32,000 nt of DNA, from contig NZ_CP046580.1 in the NCBI RefSeq assembly GCF_013365495.1, positions 30,001 through 62,000 on the forward strand, given 5' to 3'. A model generated the notes under the pieces. It ran no database searches. It was given only the letters and a program-made list of their open reading frames with translations, and was not told where the DNA came from. The stretch comes from Candidatus Saccharimonadota bacterium (lineage in GTDB: Bacteria; Pseudomonadota; Alphaproteobacteria; Rickettsiales; Anaplasmataceae). Below, piece by piece: positions 1-9,772 of this stretch (its first letter is position 1; every line of letters begins with the position of its first letter). The position numbers were made by a program, and so were the translations under genes.

Positions 1-309
1 ATGTACGTCTAAAATACTTAAGAATATACTAATAAGTATGAATTTTTTTTCCTTTTCATTTTCTCCCGATAAAGGGGAGTTAACTTCTTTAATTTTTGAA
101 ATTATGCCATCTGCTGGACTTACTATAAGATTTTTATTGCTTGGTACGACTCTTGTGGGGTCACGAAAGAAATAAGAGCATAATAATGTTGGGAATAAGC
201 ATGTGATACCTAATCCCCAGGATATAGAAAACGCTATACATGTCATTATAAAAAAAAATATTATAAATAAGTAGCCTTCTCTATTTATATTAGGTAACCC
301 AAAATGCAT
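1..309 (-). CDS. psd: phosphatidylserine decarboxylase proenzyme, N-terminal part (the gene continues beyond position 1)
   Basis: Absent from the ORF track because it runs off the window edge. Hand translation of the minus strand from the ATG at 309-307 gives [76 protein letters not shown]...[11 protein letters not shown]. The REGY.FI, FFRDP.R, SPADG and IFLS..DVH patterns are typical of bacterial Psd. Confidence 0.8.
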   Translation of the reverse strand, partial: MHFGLPNINREGYLFIIFFFIMTCIAFSISWGLGITCLFPTLLCSYFFRDPTRVVPSNKNLIVSPADGIISKIKEVNSPLSGENEKEKKFILISIFLSILDVH

Positions 310-1096
310 AACTATTGACAATAATTTGTTGTTGATAACTTATCACTTATTTTTTTTAATGAAAAGTTTTTTTTGGCATTTTATAAAAACTTTTTGATCA
401 GTGTAGAAATTAATAATTTTTAGTTAAGGAATAGACTTAAACGAAGGAGAGTGAATTTAAGGTATAGATAACAAATGTTTTATAAATATCATGACAAATA
501 AATTTAAGATAAGAGAAAAAGTGGTTTCTTATCAGAAAGTTAGTAAAATACATAGAAGCAAAAAGAAAGTTAATAGTGTTTTAAAATAGAAAAGGTGTAA
601 AAATTAAGTGTAGGCTAATATAAAATGGTTTCAATCATGTATAATGAAATAATGACTATAAATTTAGTTCAAAGAATATTTCAGTTATAAAATACTAGTA
701 AAGTTTTTAATTAGATTGATACTCTTTAAAATTTTTGTTTATTCTTGCTATTTTATTTTTAATAAAAAATTATCTTCTTTTCACAGATAGAGTTAATTAC
801 AAATTTTTTTGCTTTTTACTCAAAATAATTTTTATTTGATAATTTTTTTTATTGATATGTTTGGTAAAGATTTTTTTGACTGATAAGCGAAACATACTTA
901 TTTTCTTATTGTATCTTTAAAATATTCAACTATGATCTGCTTGTTAGTGATAAATTATAAATCAGAATAAGTACGATATAATTAGATGAAAAAGCTTTTA
1001 TCGTGTATTTATTGGCAAAATCGTAACAATTTTTTTAAAAAGTTATAGTTGTAATATATATTCTAGTAGAAAATATAATAGAGAATATATCGAATT

Positions 1097-2134
1097 ATGA
1101 TAGTACATAATTTATTGTTTTTACTACCCCCTGAAATTTCTCACTCTTTGGCACTCATGATTTTAAAAAAGATGTCTTGTAAAAAACTTATAAAAGAACT
1201 ACCTAAGTCCTTAAGTGTAAATTTTTTTGGTAATAAAATTAGAAGTCCAGTTGGACTTGCTGCAGGTTTTGATAAAAATGCGGAAGTTATAAAATCTATG
1301 TTTTCATTTGGTTTTGGATTTATTGAAGCTGGTACTGTAACTAAATATCCTCAATATGGAAATAGAAAACCTAGAGTTTTTAGGTTAATCCAAGATGAAG
1401 GGATAATTAACAGATTGGGTTTTAATAATAAAGGAATAGATTATTTTCTTGAGCAGGTAAATAAAGTTAAGCTTGATGATTATGTTTTTGGTATTAATAT
1501 AGGAAAAAATAGTATATCTCAGAATCAAATTAGCGATTATGTTGATTTACTAAAGATGGTATATGGAAAAAGTAACTATATAGTGTTAAATATTTCATCT
1601 CCAAATACACGTAATTTACGTAATTTGCATAATAAACAAGAATTATTAAGATTGCTGAAATCTATAATTTTAACTAAGAAGTCAATTAACAGTTCTAAAT
1701 CTACTCCTATAATGCTAAAAATTTCACCAGATATATGTCAAGAAACGAAAGAAAATATTGCTGAACTTGTATTAGAATATAAAATTGACGGTTTAGTAGT
1801 AAGTAATACTACAGTCAGTAGAAATAATTTATGTTCTTGTTGTAATGAAAGTGGTGGATTAAGCGGTAGACCACTGTTCGGGATTTCAACAAAGTTGTTG
1901 AGTGATATGTATAAGCTTACTAAGGGTAAAGTGTTATTGATAGGGTGTGGAGGAATATCAAGTGGTATTGATGCATATGAAAAAATAAAGGCAGGAGCAT
2001 CTTTAATACAATTATATACTGCTCTAATATATCATGGGCCTAAAATTGTGAATAGAATTAATTTGGAGCTTGCAGAATTAGTAAGAAGGGATGGGTTGAA
2101 GGATGTTAGCGAGGCAATAGGTTGTGATTGTTAA
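1097..2134 (+). CDS. pyrD: dihydroorotate dehydrogenase (quinone), class 2
   Basis: 345-aa ORF with an ATG start. Motifs GLAAGFDKNAEV, GFIEAGTVT, PQYGNRKPRVFRL, IINRLGFNNKG and the C-terminal GGISSG...GASLIQLYTAL are characteristic of PyrD. Confidence 0.93.
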   Translation: MIVHNLLFLLPPEISHSLALMILKKMSCKKLIKELPKSLSVNFFGNKIRSPVGLAAGFDKNAEVIKSMFSFGFGFIEAGTVTKYPQYGNRKPRVFRLIQDEGIINRLGFNNKGIDYFLEQVNKVKLDDYVFGINIGKNSISQNQISDYVDLLKMVYGKSNYIVLNISSPNTRNLRNLHNKQELLRLLKSIILTKKSINSSKSTPIMLKISPDICQETKENIAELVLEYKIDGLVVSNTTVSRNNLCSCCNESGGLSGRPLFGISTKLLSDMYKLTKGKVLLIGCGGISSGIDAYEKIKAGASLIQLYTALIYHGPKIVNRINLELAELVRRDGLKDVSEAIGCDC

Positions 2135-2233
2135 TCTTAGTAAAGTTGCTATTAATTTTAATAAAATAAGATTATTTATTTTTTAATATGAAGATGTAGT
2201 AAGTGATGTTTCTTTTATTTTTAAGGTATAAAT

Positions 2234-2944
2234 ATGCAAGACTTAAATGACGCTATATCCAAAATTATTAACTATAGATTTAAAAATGATACTATATTAA
2301 AGGAAGCATTGACTCATCCGAGTTTAAATAAGAAAAATAAAAAAAATAATGTTGATAGTTATGAGAGACTAGAGTTTTTAGGTGATAGTATTTTAAATAT
2401 GGTTGTGTCTATTATGCTTTTTAAACTTTTTCCTGAAGAAAAAGAAGGAGGATTAGCTAAAAGAAAAATGGATTTAGTTTGTGGTAGTACTATTGCTAAT
2501 GTTGCTAGAATGATAAAATTGGATAATTTTATTATTATGGATAGTCGTTGTGAACACCGTAATAGTAGAAAGTGTAGCCTAAAAAATTTAGAAAACGCAT
2601 TTGAAGCATTGATAGGTGCAATTTATATTGACGGCGGATTTAGTAACGTCGAAAGATTTGTTATTCAGTACTGGAAAAAGCTAGCTGAATATATGCTTAA
2701 TCCTCCTCAGGACTCTAAAACCTCGCTACAGGAGTGGGCGCAAAAGAACAAGCTATCCTTACCAAAGTATGAACTTGTGGAACAAAATGGACCAGCACAT
2801 AGTCCTGAATTTATTATGTCAGTTTGTGTAGGAAATTATGGTAAAGCTTTTGCATATGCTTCTAGTAAAAAGGCTGCTGAACAAAAAGCTGCTAAGTTGA
2901 TGCTTGAAAAGATTAATAATAGTAAGAAGACTAGTTTAAGCTAG
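2234..2944 (+). CDS. rnc: ribonuclease III
   Basis: 236-aa ORF with an ATG start. It carries the RNase III signature ERLEFLGDSILN, the downstream EALIGAIYIDGG, and a C-terminal dsRBD-like region (KTSLQEWAQKNKLSLPKYELV...AEQKAAKLML). Confidence 0.93.
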   Translation: MQDLNDAISKIINYRFKNDTILKEALTHPSLNKKNKKNNVDSYERLEFLGDSILNMVVSIMLFKLFPEEKEGGLAKRKMDLVCGSTIANVARMIKLDNFIIMDSRCEHRNSRKCSLKNLENAFEALIGAIYIDGGFSNVERFVIQYWKKLAEYMLNPPQDSKTSLQEWAQKNKLSLPKYELVEQNGPAHSPEFIMSVCVGNYGKAFAYASSKKAAEQKAAKLMLEKINNSKKTSLS

Positions 2945-3037
2945 CAAAAATTTAATTTATAAGGAGTCAAATAAGAATTTTTATTGAAATTAAAGGTTCT
3001 TTTTTTAGCTTTTGGATAGTATATCAGATGGCTGATA

Positions 3038-3109
3038 TGACTCTTACGGGACTTGAACCCGTGTTATCACCGTGAAAGGGTGATGTCCTAACCACTAGAC
3101 GAAAGAGTC
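3038..3109 (-). tRNA. tRNA-Glu (anticodon UUC)
   Basis: The reverse complement reads GACTCTTTCGTCTAGTGGTTAGGACATCACCCTTTCACGGTGATAACACGGGTTCAAGTCCCGTAAGAGTCA. It folds as a cloverleaf: acceptor GACTCTT/AAGAGTC, anticodon stem TCACC/GGTGA with loop CTTTCAC (UUC), and T arm ACGGG-TTCAAGT-CCCGT. It is 72 nt and CCA is not encoded. Confidence 0.9.
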
Positions 3110-3585
3110 AGTAAACCTGATTAGGTTATAATAGTACTTATGTAAAGTCAATTCAATTATTTTATATAAAATAAATACTGAGTAAGTTAAACTTACTTTA
3201 CATCTGCAAAGAAAAATTACTATACAAGTCATGTAACTTATTTATGATTTTGTTTTTTTATTTGGAATTAACTAATTAGATTTAAGAATAGTGGAATAGG
3301 TAGTAGTTCATTTTATAAAAATAAAATACTAGTAACTATCTAAAATTTTAGTGGATAGTATATAATATTTATCATTTAAGCTAATATTAGTATTATAGTA
3401 TTAAATATTAAACTATAATTTATGCTATGATATATTAGGATAATGATTTAAGCATGATTTTAATTTAATTCGAATTTGTTTTGATTATTTAAATGTCTTG
3501 GTCATATTTCTATTATAGTTAGAAATATATAGACCATTTGCTTTATTGTTGTTATAATTAATGTTTTGCTTAAAATTAAATTTTA

Positions 3586-5061
3586 ATGAATGAATTAAGA
3601 AGACTAAGCATTACAGAAATGCGTGAGGGCCTTAACCGTAAAGATTTTTCTGCTATTGAACTTGCTGAGGTACATATTAATGCAGTTGAAGGTGAGAAGT
3701 TAAATGCATTTGTAACAAAAACTCCAGAAGTAGCAATAAGAGCTGCTAAAGCAGCAGATGAATATTTTTCAAAACAGAAAAATGATGTAACTCCTCCACT
3801 TATGGGTATACCAATTGGTGTAAAAGACTTGTTCTGCACTAAAGGAATAAAAACGACGGCATGTTCAAAAATGCTAGAGAATTTTATTCCTACTTACGAA
3901 TCTACAGTATCTGAATTACTTTTAAAGAGCGGAGCAGCTATGCTTGGTAAGCTTAACATGGATGAGTTTGCTATGGGTTCTGCGAATACAAATAGTTGGT
4001 TTGGTCCTGTTGAAAATGTTTGGACTAGAAAAAGTGATGGGGAAAAAGTTGTGCCTGGTGGATCATCTGGTGGACCTGCATCAGCAGTTGCTGGATTTTT
4101 ATGTGCTGGAGCACTTGGTAGTGATACTGGGGGATCTGTACGTCAACCGGCAGCTTATTGTGGTGTAGTTGGGATAAAGCCAACTTATGGGAGGTGTTCA
4201 CGTTTTGGTATGATTGCGTTTGCAAGTTCTTTAGATCAAGCAGGGGTGATTACTCGTTCTGTTTCCGATTCAGCATTAATGCTAGAAACAATTTGTGGGT
4301 ATGATAATAAAGATTCAACATCAAGTGAAAGGTTAGTACCTAAGTTTTCTACTCTTATAGATGGTGATATCAAGGGCAAGCGTATTGGTATACCAAAAGA
4401 GTATAGAATGAGTGGAATTTCAGAAGAAATTGTTCATTATTGGGAAAAAGTTTCTTCTGATTTAAAAGAAAATGGTGCTGAAGTTATTGATATTGCATTG
4501 CCATATACTAAATATGCAATACCAGTCTACTATTTAATTTGCTTTGCTGAAGCTTCATCTAATCTTGCTCGTTATGATGGTGTGCGTTATGGCTTTAGAG
4601 CTAGTGCTGACTCTCTTGAGGAAATGTATTCACTAACGAGAGCAGAAGGTTTTGGAAAAGAAGTAAAAAGAAGAATTTTAATGGGGGCTTATGCACTTTC
4701 TTCAGGTCATTATAATGAATATTATGATAAAGCACAACGTATTAGAGCATTAATCAGGAACGATTTTATAGAAGCATTTGAAAAAGTAGATTATATACTT
4801 GTTCCATCGACTCCGACAGAAGCTTTTGGTTTAAACGAAAAACCAGATCCACTAATTATGTGCATTAATGACGTTTTTACTGTACCGGCAAGTCTAGCCG
4901 GTTTACCGGCTATTTCTATTCCTGTTGGACTTTCTAATGAAGGATTACCACTTGCTTTACAAGTAATTGGAAATTATTATGATGAAGCTGGAATATTAAA
5001 TGTAGCAAATGTAATTGAGCAAAATTGTGGTAGAATAATTGAGTTATATAGTTTAGTATAG
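3586..5061 (+). CDS. gatA: Glu-tRNA(Gln) amidotransferase subunit A
   Basis: 491-aa ORF with an ATG start. It has the amidase signature region GGSSGGPASAVA...GSDTGGSVRQPAAYCGVVGIKPTYGR and a GatA-like N terminus (LSITEMREGL...SAIELAE). No gatC or gatB lies adjacent. Confidence 0.93.
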   Translation: MNELRRLSITEMREGLNRKDFSAIELAEVHINAVEGEKLNAFVTKTPEVAIRAAKAADEYFSKQKNDVTPPLMGIPIGVKDLFCTKGIKTTACSKMLENFIPTYESTVSELLLKSGAAMLGKLNMDEFAMGSANTNSWFGPVENVWTRKSDGEKVVPGGSSGGPASAVAGFLCAGALGSDTGGSVRQPAAYCGVVGIKPTYGRCSRFGMIAFASSLDQAGVITRSVSDSALMLETICGYDNKDSTSSERLVPKFSTLIDGDIKGKRIGIPKEYRMSGISEEIVHYWEKVSSDLKENGAEVIDIALPYTKYAIPVYYLICFAEASSNLARYDGVRYGFRASADSLEEMYSLTRAEGFGKEVKRRILMGAYALSSGHYNEYYDKAQRIRALIRNDFIEAFEKVDYILVPSTPTEAFGLNEKPDPLIMCINDVFTVPASLAGLPAISIPVGLSNEGLPLALQVIGNYYDEAGILNVANVIEQNCGRIIELYSLV

Positions 5062-5105
5062 GCTTATTGAGCTAAACAGATAAATATGTTATAAGCTTAT
5101 TTCTC

Positions 5106-6035
5106 TTAAAAAGAAACAAGTTTAACAAAGAACAATGATATTATTAATGGAACATAAAATAGTCCTACTGTAGTACTTATGAGAAGTAATAAAGTAGCTC
5201 TATCTGGTTGGTAATTTAAAATGTTGGCAAGTATTACACTAGATCCAGAAACTGGAATAATAGCTAGCAACATCAGTGCTTTATATATACTTTCATCATA
5301 TATACCTATAATATGTTTATCTATCAAAACAATTCCTAAAACAAATAATGGCCAAAACACGTACTTTGCTGTAATAGTGGTTAAAGCAAGTTTCCAATCT
5401 ATTTTAAAGTTTGTAATTTGTACGATACTCACTCCAAATAGCACCATTCCTAATGTAATGAATGTACTTCTAATGTTCATCATCACATCTGTTAAAAAAA
5501 TTGGTATTTGTACATTGTATATACTTATAAGAAAGCCTAAAACCATTGCATATGACGAAGGAAGCCTGAATAATCTTAACATGCATTCTTTTGCAGTATA
5601 TATGCCATTTGCAGCTATGTAAAATCCTAAGCTGTTTTCAAATAATGCCATTCCTATATAACAGACAACATATACAGATACTGAATCTTCATCAAATAGA
5701 CTCATAGCAATCGGTAATCCAAAATAACCCATGCTTGTACTGCCTGAACTAAATGCTAATATGTTTTTTGTGTTATCTTTAAATAGAAAGGAAGAAAGAT
5801 AATAAACTGATAAGGACATAGTACTACCTATAAACCATATCAAGATTGGCAAAGAAATTATTTTTAAATTGACCTCTGTATGAGATACTCCATATAAAAT
5901 TACTATTGGATTAGCTATATAAAAAAGTATTTGAGATATAGTGTTTTTATCAATCTTAAGGTATTTTCCTGCTAAGCAACCGATAAGTATTGTAATGTAA
6001 ATAGGCAATATTTTGAGAAAAAGAGTAAAAAACAT
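5106..6035 (-). CDS. AEC (auxin efflux carrier / Mem_trans) family permease
   Basis: 309-aa polytopic hydrophobic ORF with an ATG start. The N terminus MFFTLFLKILPIYITILIGCLAGKYLKIDKNTISQILFYIANPIVIL resembles AEC-family transporters. The substrate is unknown. Confidence 0.6.
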   Translation of the reverse strand: MFFTLFLKILPIYITILIGCLAGKYLKIDKNTISQILFYIANPIVILYGVSHTEVNLKIISLPILIWFIGSTMSLSVYYLSSFLFKDNTKNILAFSSGSTSMGYFGLPIAMSLFDEDSVSVYVVCYIGMALFENSLGFYIAANGIYTAKECMLRLFRLPSSYAMVLGFLISIYNVQIPIFLTDVMMNIRSTFITLGMVLFGVSIVQITNFKIDWKLALTTITAKYVFWPLFVLGIVLIDKHIIGIYDESIYKALMLLAIIPVSGSSVILANILNYQPDRATLLLLISTTVGLFYVPLIISLFFVKLVSF

Positions 6036-6338
6036 ATTGGCCTAAATTACAATAATTCTTCTTGATATTTTGACTGATAAAGTGACATTAGATCTTAAGA
6101 TATTGTAAAAGTAAATAGAATTTATTCTCTGGTTTACTAGTTTATAGAGTTAATAAAAAAGCTTCTTGCATATTTTTTAATAATATGCTTGTTAAAAAGC
6201 AAATTTTATTCTATCTAAACTTTTTTGCTATCTTCTTTAAGATGATGTAAAAAGAAAATTTATAAAAAAGTAATTATTTTCATAAAAATAGAACTTTATG
6301 TTTATATATTTTAGCTGTAATAGTTTTAGTAAAAATTG

Positions 6339-7604
6339 TTATACTTGTCCAAAGATAAGTGACGCATTAGTACCACCAAAACCAAATGAATTAGAGAGCA
6401 CGTATTGAACCTTGTGTTCTTGAGCTTTAAATGGTACAAAGTTTAAATCACATCCTTTTGAAGGCTTATGTAAATTTAAAGTTGGTGGAGTAATTCCATT
6501 GTTTAATACAAGGATGCTGAATATTGCTTCAACACTTCCTGCAGCACCAAGTAAATGTCCTATAGAAGACTTAGTGGAAGAAATTGGTACTTTATAAGCA
6601 TGTTCACCAAATAACTGTTTTATTGCTATTACTTCAATTTTATCTCCGAGTGGTGTTGAAGTACCGTGTGCATTAATGTATCCAATTTGATTTGGGTTAA
6701 TTCGTGCATTTTTTAAAGCAATTTGCATTGCTTTAAATGCACCTCTTCCTTCTGAATGTGGTGCTGTGATATGGTGTGCATCTCCTGTTAATCCATATCC
6801 AACTAATTCAGCATATGCTTTTGCTTCTCTTTTTTTTGCATGTTCGTATTCTTCTAAAACTAGTATACCTGCTCCTTCACCCATAACAAATCCATCACGT
6901 TCTTCATCCCATGGTCTTGAAGCTTCTTCAGGTTTATCATTAAACTTGGTTGATAATGCTTTCATAGATGTAAAACCAGCAATTCCAACTCTACAAAGTG
7001 CACTTTCTGACCCACCTGCAATCATTACATCTGCTTCACCAAGTTTTATGATTCTTGCTGAGTTTATTATTGCATGTGCACCTGTTGCACATGCAGTTAC
7101 CGTTGAATCATTTGGTCCCGTAAATTCATATTTAATGGAGATATGGCCAGATATTAAGTTTATTAAACTTGCAGGAACAAAAAATGGACTGACACGTTTT
7201 GGTCCTTTTTCCTGCATAGTAATTACATTTTCTTGAATTGATGAAAGCCCGCCTATACCAGAACCAACAGTAACCCCAATACGTTCTCGATTAATATTTT
7301 GACTTTTTAGAATTAGTGAATCGTCTACCGCTTGAATAGCAGCAGCAATACCATAGTGAATAAAGCGATCTGTCCTTCTTAGATCTTTTTTAGAAACATA
7401 ATTTAGTGAATTAAAACAGTGTTCAATGTTATTGTATTGTAAAGGAACTTGCCCTGCGACTTTACAATCAAGATCAGAAACATCAAACCTACTGATTTCC
7501 TTTACGCCAGACTTACTATCTATTAACTTGAGCCAAGTATTTCTGACATCTATTGCCAATGGAGTAATTAGACCAATACCAGTAACTATTACTCTTCTGT
7601 TCAT
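6339..7604 (-). CDS. fabF: 3-oxoacyl-ACP synthase II
   Basis: 421-aa ORF. It shows the KAS II pattern: RRVIVTGIGLITPL, the active-site region TVTACATGAHAI, His motifs in GDAHHITAP and INAHGTSTPLGD, and the C-terminal SNSFGFGGTNASLIF. Its ATG overlaps the acpP stop (ATGA). Confidence 0.93.
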   Translation of the reverse strand: MNRRVIVTGIGLITPLAIDVRNTWLKLIDSKSGVKEISRFDVSDLDCKVAGQVPLQYNNIEHCFNSLNYVSKKDLRRTDRFIHYGIAAAIQAVDDSLILKSQNINRERIGVTVGSGIGGLSSIQENVITMQEKGPKRVSPFFVPASLINLISGHISIKYEFTGPNDSTVTACATGAHAIINSARIIKLGEADVMIAGGSESALCRVGIAGFTSMKALSTKFNDKPEEASRPWDEERDGFVMGEGAGILVLEEYEHAKKREAKAYAELVGYGLTGDAHHITAPHSEGRGAFKAMQIALKNARINPNQIGYINAHGTSTPLGDKIEVIAIKQLFGEHAYKVPISSTKSSIGHLLGAAGSVEAIFSILVLNNGITPPTLNLHKPSKGCDLNFVPFKAQEHKVQYVLSNSFGFGGTNASLIFGQV

Positions 7605-7876
7605 TGATCACTAACTTTTTGTTTTTTTTTTACTACATACTCAACTATTTGTTCCATAGTTTCCATTTTTTGTGCATCTTCATCTGGAATTTCTATTTCA
7701 AATTCTTCTTCTGCTGCCATAATTATTTCAACTGCATCTAAACTATCTGCGCCATGCTCTGAAAGTTTTGAAAAGCTATTAAACTTTTCCACATCTTTAC
7801 TAATATGTTCTAGTACAATATTTTTTACTTTTTCCTCTATGACTTCTCTAGTACTTTTTACCAGTTTACTATTCAT
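7601..7876 (-). CDS. acpP: acyl carrier protein
   Basis: 91-aa acidic ORF with the phosphopantetheine attachment motif GADSLDAVEIIMAAEEEFEIEIPDEDA. It has an unusual Lys-rich C-terminal tail (VVKKKQKVSDQ) encoded partly by an in-frame A10 run (T10 on the + strand at 7622-7631). Confidence 0.9.
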   Translation of the reverse strand: MNSKLVKSTREVIEEKVKNIVLEHISKDVEKFNSFSKLSEHGADSLDAVEIIMAAEEEFEIEIPDEDAQKMETMEQIVEYVVKKKQKVSDQ

Positions 7877-8026
7877 TATTTATTTTACCAAAAATAATCT
7901 ATTCTTTAGATGTTATAAAAAATCTTTATGTTTGCAACACCTTTTGTAATTGATAAACTGCATAATAAAGTTTTCTAAGCCTAAAGTATACTTTAATATA
8001 CTTTCCAGAATTAATAAAATTTAAAA

Positions 8027-8827
8027 ATGTTAGATAAATCAATGAAAAATTTGCTTATTGCAGAAATAGATAAAATTTTACCTGAAAATAGTCAAAATAG
8101 GCTTGTATCGGCAATGCGTTATATGCTTTTTGCTCCTACAAAATATATGCGTTCGTTTTTAATTATGGCTTCGTCACAGGTATTTGATGTAAGAGCTGAG
8201 AAAGTCATACTAGTTGCTGTAGCAGTTGAATGTATTCATACCTACTCTTTAATTCATGATGATTTGCCATGTATGGATAATAGTGATATTCGTAGAAATC
8301 AGTTAAGCTGCCATAAGAAATTTGATGAGGCGACAGCAGTACTAGCTGGAGATGCACTTCTTACTCTTGCTTTTGAAATATTATCTTCACTAAATGAGAA
8401 CAGTCATAAGCGTTGTGAAATTATAAAAGTGCTCTCTCAAGCAATAGGTAGTAAAGGGATGGTAGGAGGACAAGTTTTAGATATTAGTAAAGACTTTAGT
8501 AAAATAAAAGAAATTCATTTGATGAAAACTGCAAAATTACTTGCAGCTTCATGTGAAATAGGTGCTATAATAGGAGATGCAACAAATAAAGAACGTAAAG
8601 CGTTATATAATTACGGGATAAATCTAGGACTCATTTTTCAGGCTGGGGATGATATTAAGGACTATAAACAAGATAAAGTAAATAATTTAATATTTGTATT
8701 TGATGAAAGTGATGTGAAAGATTATATAGATAAACTTTGTAAACAAGCTTTAAATAGTATCAGTAAACTTCCAGGAAATACTCATTATTTGTATAACTTA
8801 TTAAATCAAATTAAAAAGGATGGTTAG
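8027..8827 (+). CDS. ispA: polyprenyl (farnesyl/geranyl) diphosphate synthase
   Basis: 266-aa ORF with an ATG start. The first Asp-rich motif is LIHDDLPCMDNSDIRRNQLSCH and the second is FQAGDDIKD. It is short for the family. Confidence 0.8.
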   Translation: MLDKSMKNLLIAEIDKILPENSQNRLVSAMRYMLFAPTKYMRSFLIMASSQVFDVRAEKVILVAVAVECIHTYSLIHDDLPCMDNSDIRRNQLSCHKKFDEATAVLAGDALLTLAFEILSSLNENSHKRCEIIKVLSQAIGSKGMVGGQVLDISKDFSKIKEIHLMKTAKLLAASCEIGAIIGDATNKERKALYNYGINLGLIFQAGDDIKDYKQDKVNNLIFVFDESDVKDYIDKLCKQALNSISKLPGNTHYLYNLLNQIKKDG

Positions 8828-9731
8828 TAAAATTGTATTACAGTTGCTTATTTCTATAGTAATAATTTTTACTTTAACGTTGTCTTTTGTGTTTGTTGTA
8901 GTTTCTATAAATAAAGAAAGACTAGAGCAGAAGGAGAAAAAAATTTTTTATGAAGTAAATGCTGCTATACATGATGGTTTAATACGGACTATAGCATATT
9001 ATTTAGTAAAGCCAATATTTGAATTAGCACTCGATCATTATATTAAAAAATGTGGACTGGCAGAGTATTTAGAGGAGATAATACAGCAAAAAAGAGAGGA
9101 AAATATGATAAGCTTTTATGAAATTATAGAAGGTGATGGTAGCAAAGTTTTATGTGGTCAGGAAGTTTTGTTACAGGTATATAAAGTGCCTAATAATTTA
9201 TCGCTACTTTTAAATCAAGTTTCTAATGTCACTTTGAAAATAGGTCAAAACAACTGGAAAGAATTAGGTTTAGGAACAATAGGTATGAAAGAAGGAGGGG
9301 AACGTGTAGTGACTATAAATAATATTGCTAGTGACGACAAGATGAGTTTGAGTTCTTATTATGTTAAGCTACTTGAAGTAAAAGATAGATATCCTGATTC
9401 AGTGAATAATATCATGGTTTTTGATAATTTTATTAATAAAACTGGAAAACAAGTAAAGTGTGGTGACGAAATTTCAATTAAATATGATGTGATGGAATAT
9501 GATGGTAAGTATATAATTAAAAATCAAACAGTACAGTTTAAGGTTGGTGATAAAAAGGTGCCACTCGCTATAGAGCTTGGAGTTGTGGGAATGAGAGTTA
9601 ACAATAAAAGAACCATTATTTCTCCACCGGAACTTTTGAATATTACTGATGGTATGCTAGTTAAGGACATGAACTTTATCTTTAACAAAGAACATGTTTC
9701 TATAATTGATTTAAATCTAGTAGATGGGTGA
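8820..9731 (+). CDS. membrane-anchored protein with two degenerate FKBP-like domains
   Basis: 303-aa ORF. Its ATG at 8820 overlaps the ispA stop by 8 nt and is preceded by AAAGGA. It has an N-terminal TM helix (IVLQLLISIVIIFTLTLSFVFVVV). Two segments follow the FKBP pattern G..V.v.Y...(G)....f.lG....e.G..GM..g..R...i...l: EGDGSKVLCGQEVLLQVYKV...LKIGQNNWKELGLGTIGMKEGGERVVTI...YYVKLLEVK and GKQVKCGDEISIKYDVMEYDGKYI...FKVGDKKVPLAIELGVVGMRVNNKRTIISPPELL...VSIIDLNLV. Being a real CDS is likely. The fold assignment comes from hand alignment only. Confidence 0.5.
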   Translation: MVSKIVLQLLISIVIIFTLTLSFVFVVVSINKERLEQKEKKIFYEVNAAIHDGLIRTIAYYLVKPIFELALDHYIKKCGLAEYLEEIIQQKREENMISFYEIIEGDGSKVLCGQEVLLQVYKVPNNLSLLLNQVSNVTLKIGQNNWKELGLGTIGMKEGGERVVTINNIASDDKMSLSSYYVKLLEVKDRYPDSVNNIMVFDNFINKTGKQVKCGDEISIKYDVMEYDGKYIIKNQTVQFKVGDKKVPLAIELGVVGMRVNNKRTIISPPELLNITDGMLVKDMNFIFNKEHVSIIDLNLVDG

Positions 9732-9772
9732 TTTTTAATAAGTTAAAGTTTTAAAAGTGGAGAATAAATGCT

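Noticed and set aside
3114-3127. The 14-mer AACCTGATTAGGTT next to tRNA-Glu also occurs at 12434-12447, which could hint at a tRNA-flank or att remnant.
   Set aside because: The flanking sequence shows no further similarity, and a single shared 14-mer is within chance expectation for this window.
3576-4225. Track ORFs 3576-3839(-), 3944-4168(+) and 4025-4225(-) lie inside gatA.
   Set aside because: They are antisense or out-of-frame shadows of a well-supported gatA CDS. Their low-complexity translations carry no recognisable motifs.
6168-6188. Hairpin GCATATT-7nt-AATATGC about 150 nt downstream of fabF. On the minus strand it is followed, after 7 nt, by TTTTTTATT.
   Set aside because: The stem is AT-rich with only 2 G-C pairs, and the U tract is separated from it. 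This is too weak to call a terminator.
5221-7614. Track ORFs 5221-5622(+), 6766-7236(+) and 7426-7614(+) lie opposite the AEC permease and fabF.
   Set aside because: They are entirely nested antisense to strongly supported genes. Such shadows are typical of long ORFs.
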